Shown here piece by piece: positions 6,712 through 14,933 of a stretch of DNA of 18,895 nt. Position 1 is the stretch's first letter; each line of letters starts with the position of its first letter. The stretch is taken from positions 1 through 18,895 of the forward strand of contig JBEQBQ010000018.1 in NCBI GenBank assembly GCA_041639695.1. Reading direction: 5' to 3'. The notes beneath the pieces are model-generated. The model was not told the origin of the DNA, ran no database searches, and was given only the letters and a program-made list of their open reading frames with translations. Source of the DNA: Candidatus Nanohaloarchaea archaeon (GTDB lineage: Archaea; Nanohalarchaeota; Nanosalinia; Nanosalinales; Nanosalinaceae). A program made the position numbers and the translations under genes.

Positions 6712-9700
6712 ATGCCTTCCACTAATCAATATCTAGTAAGATCAATCGTTTTCCTGCTGTTTATTGGGATGTTCGGTTTTTCTTCAGTTTCTGCATCTCT
6801 GGATCAAAAAGCTTTCGTGGTCAACGACACAAGTAAAGCAACCTCTATAAAGAATATCTCGACCGGCTCCTTCGTTGGATCCGTTCGGGCCCGTTACCCG
6901 ATAAAAGCCGCTTTCAAATCAAACACTCTCCGAATTTTCGATGGTAACGAATCCGGCAACTATGTACTTCAGAGGGATTCAAAATCAGATCTAAGTTTTA
7001 ACGGCACAAAGCTTAATCTATCATCGCACTCGATCGATGAAGGCCGTTACATCGTAAACGATACTACTTCGGCTTCTAACCATACGGAGGTCCGAATCGA
7101 TATATTGAATCCGACATCCGATGTCCTTATCAGGTCTAACGGTCTTTCTGGAGATTTGGAATTTAAGGAATGGCTTAACTACTCTAAAGATATCTCTGTT
7201 CCAAGTTCTAATGTCTCAGAAACTTCGCTGGGCGTGGATACTCTCTACAAGGTAAATATCTCTGCTGCCAACTACTGGCTTGGACTGAATGGGTCAGAAC
7301 AGTCGGTTTTTCTGCCTTCGCGTTCTAATTACGGTGTTTCAAAGCCCAGGGTGAACGATCTCTGGTTCAACTCCTCAAATAGTGTTTCTGGTCGGGTAAT
7401 TGATGCAAATAATCCTTCCCGAAATTATTCAGGGATAAAACTCAGGTTAAGCTCCCGACTGAACACTATGGACAGAATACCTTATGTTGGGGCACCGCCT
7501 GTTAGGTATGATACGACTAACGCCTCCGGAATGTATAGTTTTGAAAATTTGCCGGCTGGTGAATACACGATCGAAACAGTCTCCACTAATGTAACTAGGG
7601 CGGACTACAACATGTATGACACAGTAGCTTTGGCCTTCGGAAAATCGGACAAAAGAAATATCTCTGTCTTGACAAACGTTGGAAACATAACAGGCACTAT
7701 CAACGGTCCTAAATCCGAGGAAATACATTACGGAGTGGTCCTGAATCCGGATAACTCCTTTACTTCGATAATGGAGCCGTTTTCGGATCCAGGCAACTTT
7801 AGTGTCAATAGTTTGGCGGTCGGCAACTACAGCTATATTGCCGCCAAGTTCAATCATTCGGGAAGAGTTTCCTACACAACTACTGCAGGGACCTTAGAGC
7901 TGAATAGTTCTAACGAGCCGCATATTAACCTGGATTTCCCGCCTGGCATAAAGTTTAATGGCACGGTAGAAGACTCTAAAGGCGACCCAATTTCAGGAGC
8001 GGAGCTTATAGTTTCCAACCAAACCAAAGGGAAATACGTCAGTATAGAGACGGATAGTACAGGAGAATTTGAACTAACACTAGCCAATAACACCGGTTAC
8101 AAGGTCCGTATTGAACCTGCTTTAGAGTCTAAATATGTCTCGAAGAATGTCGATATAAAACCTGATTCTTACTCCAACTCAAAGACGTTCGAACTTTCTG
8201 AAGGAGCCAACTTCACAGGCAAGGTAATGGATGGAGGTCAACCTGTTGAGGCAAGAGTTTACCTCGACAACTACTCCAAAGGAATCTATAAAGACGCAAA
8301 AACAGGTGGGGATGGCGAATTTAGTTTCAAAGGATTGAAACAAGGCAACTACAGCATCTCTATCTACCCGCAGGACTTCAAGAAAACAGATGTTCACACC
8401 TCGGTATGGATTAACGCATCCGGGAATGAACGAAACTTCAGTGTTGAACGCGGGACCTCAAAACTAGAAGGCCACATAGAAAATAAGCAAGGGCAGGGAT
8501 TGAACGCAACAGTAAGAATAAACGGGTATGACACAGGAATCGATAAATCCGTGGTAACCGGATCTGATGGAAAATACAGCTTTTCAGATCTTCCTTCAAG
8601 AGACTCTTACAGCATAGAAGTAGATCCCGCAAAACCCAAATACGGTGAGAAAGAGGATTACACGTTCATAGATTCGGATGAGGTTCTCAACTTCACGCTG
8701 TTAGAGACAGAGGGACTCAACGGTTATATAGAGGATAGTGACGGTCAACCGGTTAAGGGCGTAAGTATCTATGCCAGTAACTCAACCGTATCAAGCTATG
8801 GTTGGGACACAACTGATAGCGATGGATCTTATTCGATGGAGCTATCTCAGGTAAACCATTCCATACATATCTATCCTGGAGGCAATCTGCAATCCAAGAG
8901 TACAGAAGTGAATGTTTCTAATTACTCAAATTCTTTGAAGAACTTCACGCTTAAAACTGGAACCTATCTCGATGGCCAAATTAAAGGTCAGGCAAGTTCC
9001 GCTGAAGGTTACATCAGTCTCTGGAACTTCTCAGAAAACTCGTATGGATATGCAGAAATTGAAAACGGAGAATACAACGTAACGGGTCTGAAGAACGTAA
9101 ACCACACGGTATGGGTTTCGCTCAGAAACAGTTCCTTCGATTCAAAGAGAAAAACGTTGGACAAACCTAAAGATCTATCTAACACGAAGAACTTTACCTT
9201 CAGCAAGAACAAGGGCAGGAAGCTTGCCGTGACCGTAACAGGAAACTCGACCGGGAAACTTGATGCCAAAGTGGCTGTCGGAGGTGCCGAGAAAACAACA
9301 GGTGACGACGGAAAAGCAGTTTTCGGCTACCAGCCAAAGAATACGGAGAAACGAATTTTAGTTAACAAAGAAGGATACCGCGGAAAGATAAAGACGGTTG
9401 AAACCAAGTCAAGAAAAACAGGGTTTGGTACTGAAGAGTTCCAGAACGTTACAGTTACTTTGAACAAGATCAATAGACTGAAACTTGAAGCCAACGTCTC
9501 AAAGTCCGGCAAGAGCGTTTCCGGAGCCACGCTAATGTTTACATCAAACGAGACAGGTATCTCTGTTTCCGGTTCAGGTACTACAGGAGGTAACGGCAAG
9601 ACCAGTATTGAAGGCCTGGCTGAGGGAAGCTACCAGTTGACATTAGTTGTTGGTGAGAACAGTCTAGGAGAGACGTCCACTAAGATAAGACAGAATAAAA

Positions 9701-9774
9701 CAGCGAGCCTGAACGTTTCAGGCAGTTCTCTTGACTCCGAGTACAGTGTCTGGTATGAGGTGAAGGACCAGTGA
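6712..9774 (+). CDS. Large secreted glycoprotein with tandem carboxypeptidase-regulatory-like (Cna-B/prealbumin-fold) beta-sandwich repeats, 1020 aa
   Basis: Start moved to ATG 6712, which gives a signal peptide (SIVFLLFIGMFGFSSVSA) and avoids overlap with the AhpD gene. Repeated GxVxDxxGxPxxGA...TDxxGxY/F...LxxGxY units; about 47 N-x-S/T sequons by hand count; no C-terminal transmembrane segment. Confidence 0.85.
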   Translation: MPSTNQYLVRSIVFLLFIGMFGFSSVSASLDQKAFVVNDTSKATSIKNISTGSFVGSVRARYPIKAAFKSNTLRIFDGNESGNYVLQRDSKSDLSFNGTKLNLSSHSIDEGRYIVNDTTSASNHTEVRIDILNPTSDVLIRSNGLSGDLEFKEWLNYSKDISVPSSNVSETSLGVDTLYKVNISAANYWLGLNGSEQSVFLPSRSNYGVSKPRVNDLWFNSSNSVSGRVIDANNPSRNYSGIKLRLSSRLNTMDRIPYVGAPPVRYDTTNASGMYSFENLPAGEYTIETVSTNVTRADYNMYDTVALAFGKSDKRNISVLTNVGNITGTINGPKSEEIHYGVVLNPDNSFTSIMEPFSDPGNFSVNSLAVGNYSYIAAKFNHSGRVSYTTTAGTLELNSSNEPHINLDFPPGIKFNGTVEDSKGDPISGAELIVSNQTKGKYVSIETDSTGEFELTLANNTGYKVRIEPALESKYVSKNVDIKPDSYSNSKTFELSEGANFTGKVMDGGQPVEARVYLDNYSKGIYKDAKTGGDGEFSFKGLKQGNYSISIYPQDFKKTDVHTSVWINASGNERNFSVERGTSKLEGHIENKQGQGLNATVRINGYDTGIDKSVVTGSDGKYSFSDLPSRDSYSIEVDPAKPKYGEKEDYTFIDSDEVLNFTLLETEGLNGYIEDSDGQPVKGVSIYASNSTVSSYGWDTTDSDGSYSMELSQVNHSIHIYPGGNLQSKSTEVNVSNYSNSLKNFTLKTGTYLDGQIKGQASSAEGYISLWNFSENSYGYAEIENGEYNVTGLKNVNHTVWVSLRNSSFDSKRKTLDKPKDLSNTKNFTFSKNKGRKLAVTVTGNSTGKLDAKVAVGGAEKTTGDDGKAVFGYQPKNTEKRILVNKEGYRGKIKTVETKSRKTGFGTEEFQNVTVTLNKINRLKLEANVSKSGKSVSGATLMFTSNETGISVSGSGTTGGNGKTSIEGLAEGSYQLTLVVGENSLGETSTKIRQNKTASLNVSGSSLDSEYSVWYEVKDQ

Positions 9775-11375
9775 AGGTTGTTACCTTTCTAATCCTGTTA
9801 CTCGTGTGCGTAAGCCCGGTTCTAGGTCTTGAGGCAGTAGTCAACCCCAGCAACCCTTCAGATGTGGTTTTGAACAGTTCTAACAATTGGGAAGTCAACA
9901 AAACCTTTGATGCTTCAGCTTCCTCCGACGTTAAATCTTACAGCTGGAACCTTTTAGATACTTCAAGTAAAGATTCCGGTCCTATCGGAGAGTTCAGCTT
10001 TGACAGGGATAAAAACGCGGTAAACACGTTAAGGTTGACTGTCTCAAACGGAACATCGAGCGATGTAGAAGAGGTCACACAGGTTTTACACGATCAACCT
10101 AATGCCTCAATCGATGCATCAAGTACTGATGTAGAGATCGAAAGTTCCGTTGACTTTACCTCGAAAACTGTCAACGTTTTCGATGGAGAACTGAATTATT
10201 CTTGGACAATAAACAATACTGAAGAATCTACTTCTTCGAGTTTCAGCTACATCTTCGATAACGAAGGACTCTACACTGTAAAGTTGAAGGTGGAGGATGC
10301 GGAAGGCTACTCTTACACGACTTCTCCTGTTTCGATTGATGTGACTAACACTTCCACCTCATCTTCGGATCAACAGTCGGGTTCCGGCGGTTCTGTTTCA
10401 GATGTTGAATCTGAAGTAGAGGAATTTAGCTCCATAAATGAAGGTGACAAAGTCGAGCTTGATCTTTCGGATCAGGTTATACACGGTATGTCCGATATAG
10501 CATTTTTCTCCGATGATGATGCGGAACAGGTTGAAATAGAGCTTAGAGAGACTGATTCTTTACCTGATGAGCTGCCTGAAAACTTCAAAGTTTACAGATC
10601 GACAGAAGTAGAGCTCTACAACTTCTCGAACTCGGATATTGATGGCGATGTAAACATGACGTTCGAGGTCGAGAACGACTGGATAGAGGAAAACCGGATC
10701 AACATATCTACTCTAGAGGTTTACAGGAATGACGGCGACTGGGAGAGACTTGAATCCAGTATAGATAACAGCTCCGATACTATAATTGTGAATGCTGAGT
10801 CTCCAGGATTTTCTTACTTCGCAATAGGTGGCGAGGAAAAAGAGAATCAAACAGCACAAGACAATATGGCTCAAGATCAGGATCAACAGGAAACCCCGAG
10901 TACAACATCTACTGAAAATCAAGACCCTCTCTGCGGAGATGGAGTATGTGAACCAGGAGAGACATGCCGAAAGGACTGTGTAGAACTTCAGAAAGAATCA
11001 ACTTCTAGCCCGGGAAACCAGACATCAAACAACGACGAGAAAAACGATGAAACGGCATCTAAACTTCCTGTTGTTCCGGTTGTAGGACTTCTTTTGGTGG
11101 CTGGTCTGGTAGGTGGTTTAGCTCTGAAAAGAGATGAAATTGAAAGTTTCGTTCACCAGATTGGTGAAGACAACAGGAGAGAGATAGAGGAAAGGCTCGA
11201 TAAGATAAATGATGAAGTTGAGGAGATGAAAGAGAACGGTGAAAACCCGGGAAGAGGGGTTTTAGCCGAGATTGACAGGGCTGAAGAGTACATAGATTAT
11301 CAGGACTACGAATCTGCTCTTGACATAATAGAAGGAATTGAGAGAGAACTGGGTTCAAAAAGTGAAAAAGAGTAA
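9771..11375 (+). CDS. Membrane-anchored surface protein: PKD domains, PGF-pre-PGF domain, Cys-rich motif, TM helix, cytoplasmic helical tail
   Basis: Signal peptide; FDASAS..SYSW and YSW...GLYTVKLKVED (PKD); SPGFSYFAIGG; CGDGVCEPGETCRKDC; TM LPVVPVVGLLLVAGLVGGLALKR; SD GAGGTGA at 9757-9763; GTGA overlap with the upstream gene. Confidence 0.88.
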   Translation: MKVVTFLILLLVCVSPVLGLEAVVNPSNPSDVVLNSSNNWEVNKTFDASASSDVKSYSWNLLDTSSKDSGPIGEFSFDRDKNAVNTLRLTVSNGTSSDVEEVTQVLHDQPNASIDASSTDVEIESSVDFTSKTVNVFDGELNYSWTINNTEESTSSSFSYIFDNEGLYTVKLKVEDAEGYSYTTSPVSIDVTNTSTSSSDQQSGSGGSVSDVESEVEEFSSINEGDKVELDLSDQVIHGMSDIAFFSDDDAEQVEIELRETDSLPDELPENFKVYRSTEVELYNFSNSDIDGDVNMTFEVENDWIEENRINISTLEVYRNDGDWERLESSIDNSSDTIIVNAESPGFSYFAIGGEEKENQTAQDNMAQDQDQQETPSTTSTENQDPLCGDGVCEPGETCRKDCVELQKESTSSPGNQTSNNDEKNDETASKLPVVPVVGLLLVAGLVGGLALKRDEIESFVHQIGEDNRREIEERLDKINDEVEEMKENGENPGRGVLAEIDRAEEYIDYQDYESALDIIEGIERELGSKSEKE

Positions 11376-11401
11376 AAGACTGAACCAGGGAATTATCTTG
11401 T

Positions 11402-11575
11402 ATGGATGAAGATAACAAGGATCTGGCCGTTAAAATAGTTCTTGGTATAATTGCCGGGCTTGCCGCGATAGCTCTATTCAGTGTCTACGATTGCATGAAC
11501 TCGCCGGTAGTAGAACTGGCCAGAACCGTAGGCGTGGACGGAGGCCTAGAATACTGTATCAAACAGGTGGTTTAA
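11402..11575 (+). CDS. Small single-pass membrane protein, 57 aa (not in ORF track)
   Basis: MDEDNKDLAVKIVLGIIAGLAAIALFSVYDCMNSPVVELARTVGVDGGLEYCIKQVV*: one hydrophobic helix, two Cys, fills the intergenic gap neatly. Confidence 0.75.
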   Translation: MDEDNKDLAVKIVLGIIAGLAAIALFSVYDCMNSPVVELARTVGVDGGLEYCIKQVV

Positions 11576-11581
11576 CATTCT

Positions 11582-11902
11582 TTATTCGATCGAAATCCTG
11601 TAGTAAGCAGGTTTATGACCTTTAGGCTTCCTATCTGTAACGTTTCCGCCTAGAGATCTTTCCTGATATCTTTTTTCTGGTTTAATTACCCATTCCCAGC
11701 CCGGAATATCTCCATCTTCTCTAGCTTCATCCATTTTCTCTCTAAGGTTTCTGGAGATCTTCCGCAGGTCGCCCATGATCTCTTCAGCCTCAGAACCTTT
11801 TAGTTCCCGCGAGAACAGCTCTACTTTTAGTACAGGTCCGCTCTGTTTCCTGACGTTCTTTACACCTTCTATGTCGCGGATGTCGCCCAGAAGACTTTGC
11901 AT
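11582..11902 (-). CDS. Hypothetical protein, 106 aa
   Basis: ATG at 11902 lies about 23 nt after TATA-like TTTAAG (11930-11925), preferred to TTG 11908; no family recognised. Confidence 0.7.
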   Translation of the reverse strand: MQSLLGDIRDIEGVKNVRKQSGPVLKVELFSRELKGSEAEEIMGDLRKISRNLREKMDEAREDGDIPGWEWVIKPEKRYQERSLGGNVTDRKPKGHKPAYYRISIE

Positions 11903-11939
11903 GTGCAAGGTCTTAGATTAAATGCTTAAACCTATTTGT

Positions 11940-13298
11940 CTAGAACCTTAGGATCAGGTATAATGTTGTAAGGCTGCAGATAGCGGTCACAAAGGTTACC
12001 TTAAATCCTATCCGGAAGAACTCTCTGAAACTAATTCTCTTCTGATCATGGTTAACCATCTTGAGCCACATTATACCGGCTAAAGCTCCAATAGGAGTGA
12101 TGTTTGCACCAATATTGCTGCCAATAATAAGGGCGTAGATCTCACTTAACTCAGCGCCTCCCGAACCTTCAGACAAGACTTTTGAGAAAAGAACTGTCAT
12201 GGGAATATTGTTCATTAGGTTCGCCGCCAGAGTAGTGGCTGCGCCAACCCCTAATACTGCTAGAAGAGCATTTTTTCCTGTGAGAGGAGCTATTAGTTCT
12301 GAAATAAGGTCTATGGAGCCTGTTATTGAGAAAGCTTGTACTAAAACGAAGAAACCTATAAGGAACGGAATGATTTCCCAAGGCATCTTGTTGTTGATTC
12401 TTTCTAGATATGTTTCTTGACTGGCATTTTTGATTATGTAATCTGGCAGGATAAAGAGGGCAGCTGTTAATACTGCCCAAGATAACCCGATGTGCCAGAG
12501 GTTAATTGCAGTGAGCGACAAGAATATCATCGATAGAAGGGTCAGTGAAAGTATAGATATTCCGATAACCTGTCTTCTATCAAGTCTAACTTCAGGTAGC
12601 TCGCCTTTACTGAAGCTTGAATCTATTCGGTCTCTAAATATAAAGTAGAGAGCTATAAAGCATGCTAAGCCTCCTGCAAAACCAGGTAAGAACATGTGCC
12701 GTACAAAGTCAATAAAAGTCAGTTCATGAGCTGTTGCAGCTATAATGTTGGTTTCATTCCCTATAAGCAGGACCATGGAAAAAATGTTTGCTGCGAAGAA
12801 CTCTGCCATGAGAAAAGGGAGCGCTTCAAGATCAGTAAGTCTGAGAAACTCGAGCAGAAAAGGCGTAAGAGTCAATATAATTATGTCGTTTGATGTGAAA
12901 AGAGCTAGCAGACCTGAGATCCAGAAAACCGCGAAGAAAAGTTTTCTTCCTGATCCGTCAACATTTTCAAGAATTTTTACCGACAAATAACGGAAGAAAC
13001 CTGTTGCCTCCAGTGAAAGCGAGATAAAAGCGATTGATAAGAACAGCAGAACCGTTGAGAAAGGGCCTGAGGATGTTAGAAGCTCTACTAAACCTGAGCT
13101 ATTGCCAAAGACGCCAGTGAAAGTCTGCTGAGGTGTTAAAATACCTAGTATCATAAGGAAAAATGCGCCTATCAAGGGAGACCAGTAATAAGGTATATCA
13201 AATACTTCGAGGTATCTGGACTCTATAATATCCCTGTTAACGAAAATTGAGACTATAACAAGGAAAAATATCAGTGGTGCAAGATACTTCCCAAGCAT
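11940..13298 (-). CDS. ArsB/NhaD-family (ion transporter superfamily) permease
   Basis: About 12 hydrophobic segments; FTSNDIIILTLTP, ANIFSM..IGNETN, ANLMNNIPM, GSNIGANITPIGALAGIMW. Substrate not determinable. Confidence 0.88.
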   Translation of the reverse strand: MLGKYLAPLIFFLVIVSIFVNRDIIESRYLEVFDIPYYWSPLIGAFFLMILGILTPQQTFTGVFGNSSGLVELLTSSGPFSTVLLFLSIAFISLSLEATGFFRYLSVKILENVDGSGRKLFFAVFWISGLLALFTSNDIIILTLTPFLLEFLRLTDLEALPFLMAEFFAANIFSMVLLIGNETNIIAATAHELTFIDFVRHMFLPGFAGGLACFIALYFIFRDRIDSSFSKGELPEVRLDRRQVIGISILSLTLLSMIFLSLTAINLWHIGLSWAVLTAALFILPDYIIKNASQETYLERINNKMPWEIIPFLIGFFVLVQAFSITGSIDLISELIAPLTGKNALLAVLGVGAATTLAANLMNNIPMTVLFSKVLSEGSGGAELSEIYALIIGSNIGANITPIGALAGIMWLKMVNHDQKRISFREFFRIGFKVTFVTAICSLTTLYLILRF

Positions 13299-13354
13299 TA
13301 AGATTTCTTCGTATCGTGGAGAACAAAAAGCCTTTGATTTGTCTAAATCTAGGT

Positions 13355-13502
13355 TGCTCCACCCGGGATTCGAACCCGGGACCGCCGCCTAGCTTAAGAC
13401 TCCAGCAGAGCTGGAATAGGCAACGCACAGACCCTTCCAGGCAACGTTTTTCTGTGCGAGGTCCGTATAAGGACGGTGCTCTAACCCCTGAGCTAGTGGA
13501 GC
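13355..13502 (-). tRNA. tRNA-Ile(UAU) with 75-nt intron at 37/38, no encoded CCA
   Basis: Exon 1 13502-13466: GCTCCAC-TA-GCTC-AGGGGTTA-GAGC-A-CCGTC-CT-TAT-A. Exon 2 13390-13355: A-GGCGG-CGGTC-CCGGG-TTCGAAT-CCCGG-GTGGAGC-A. All four stems pair. Confidence 0.93.
13391..13465 (-). other. tRNA intron with canonical bulge-helix-bulge
   Basis: Central helix C32-U33-U34-A35 pairs with intron UAAG; bulges U36-A37|C and C-U|A38; outer helix GGAC/GUCU. Confidence 0.9.
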
Positions 13503-13583
13503 TAAACTAGTAGTCGGCCGTTGTCCGGCAGTCATCCTACAGAAAAGTCTTGAGTCATGTAATCTAAAAAAGGCTTCCGAACT

Positions 13584-14933
13584 TCAGGTTCTCGAGTAGA
13601 ACTCCTCGGAGGTTAGAGGCGTTCCGTAATCTTTGACAATCGGCTGCAACATCAAGTGTTGGCGGAACATTTCCCATCTTGAGTGGGCGTCGGTGGATGC
13701 AACATATTCAAGGTCGCTTTCTTCTGAACGGGACGCAAGTTTTCTCGCAAACATTTCTGCATCCTCTGGCGCATAAAAATTGTCGCTGTCCGTGTATTCC
13801 TGTCTAAGTTTGCCGATTATTCTGCCGTTTGCCTCCAAAGTGGCTCCTGTAATTTCGGCAAAATCAAGTATGTCATCTATATAATCTTCTTCAACGACTT
13901 CCCGCGTATCAGAATTGGTGAAAATTAGGTCCCAGTGTGAGTGAATTATCGGCGTATCAACAGATTTGTTCTCGGACTCGTAAGTTTCAAAGTCGTCTTC
14001 TGTGGAGTACTTTGAGTAAATATTTTCAAGCTGGTTTAGTTCTTCCTCGTTAAGATCAGATGTGTCGTTAAGCTCAAGAATGGCTCTCATATACTCTGCC
14101 TGATATCTCTTGGTAGCTTCTCTTAATTCTCTGTCCTCAAGGTGGGAAAGGTTAGCTTTCCTGATGTACTGTGTCTGCTTATCGTGCATATTGCCCTGTA
14201 CAAAGCCTTCAGGAAGGTTGTGGACACTTACTACGGCATGGTCAAGGTCATTTTCCTCCAGAAGCTGTTCTATGCCGTTGTGAACCCAGCTCTCGTAATC
14301 TTTCTCTATACTCATGTTGACGGATTTGAGTGCCTCTTTAGGACTCTTCCCTAGGTCTGACAATTCCTCGCCTCCTGCAGCTTTTACTACAGAATCTCTG
14401 GAGATCTGCTTGACTGTGTCCTCGGGGAAATTTTCAGAAGGCTCAGGTATCCCTATTTCTAGATTGTTCCTGTAGTATTCCTTTACTGCATCGAGGTAGC
14501 CTTTGAAGTCGTCTACATGTTTCTCTAATTCCTCGCTCGGATTACTGCCAAGATCCCTGATTGAAAAATCCAGGTTGTCCAGCTGGCTCTCTAGCTCGGC
14601 AGTCTCTCCGTTCATAGCTATAGAATATGCTTCGTTATCGTTCGTATCGTACAGAATTACAGCCCCTGTATCTTTCCTCGAGTGGTCGGCTATACCTACC
14701 TGGACACCTATTTTCTCGGCGGTTTCTATCATTTCCTTTATGCTTCCTCCGTCCGAGTAACTTGAGTGTACGTGACCGTCGAAGTCCCAATCTTCGGTAT
14801 CAATAAATAGGTCTATAAGTTCGTAAAAGCTGGGATAGACTCTCTCCGGTTGATCTTCATTTATAGAGCGTTCTGTCGAGAACTTACTCTTTCCGGATCC
14901 CCCCAGTCTGTCAAGCAGGCCATTAAATGCCAT
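13584..14933 (-). CDS. PHP-domain phosphoesterase with large acidic insertions
   Basis: DGHVHSSYSDG, GIADH, SIE, VSVH, IHSHWD, LEAN, STDAH: the PHP metal ligands in order. Confidence 0.85.
   Translation of the reverse strand: MAFNGLLDRLGGSGKSKFSTERSINEDQPERVYPSFYELIDLFIDTEDWDFDGHVHSSYSDGGSIKEMIETAEKIGVQVGIADHSRKDTGAVILYDTNDNEAYSIAMNGETAELESQLDNLDFSIRDLGSNPSEELEKHVDDFKGYLDAVKEYYRNNLEIGIPEPSENFPEDTVKQISRDSVVKAAGGEELSDLGKSPKEALKSVNMSIEKDYESWVHNGIEQLLEENDLDHAVVSVHNLPEGFVQGNMHDKQTQYIRKANLSHLEDRELREATKRYQAEYMRAILELNDTSDLNEEELNQLENIYSKYSTEDDFETYESENKSVDTPIIHSHWDLIFTNSDTREVVEEDYIDDILDFAEITGATLEANGRIIGKLRQEYTDSDNFYAPEDAEMFARKLASRSEESDLEYVASTDAHSRWEMFRQHLMLQPIVKDYGTPLTSEEFYSRT

Noticed and set aside
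13237-13510. Track ORFs 13237-13428 (-) and 13274-13510 (+)
   Set aside because: They overlap the tRNA-Ile gene and have no protein-like features.
13393-13554. Leader-intron complementarity (13528-13519 with 13446-13437; 13554-13544 with 13403-13393), and a loose C/D-box reading of the leader
   Set aside because: Each duplex has a mismatch and G.U pairs; a rough estimate gives on the order of one such match by chance between 55-nt and 75-nt segments. The boxes are degenerate, and the outer segment may not be transcribed.
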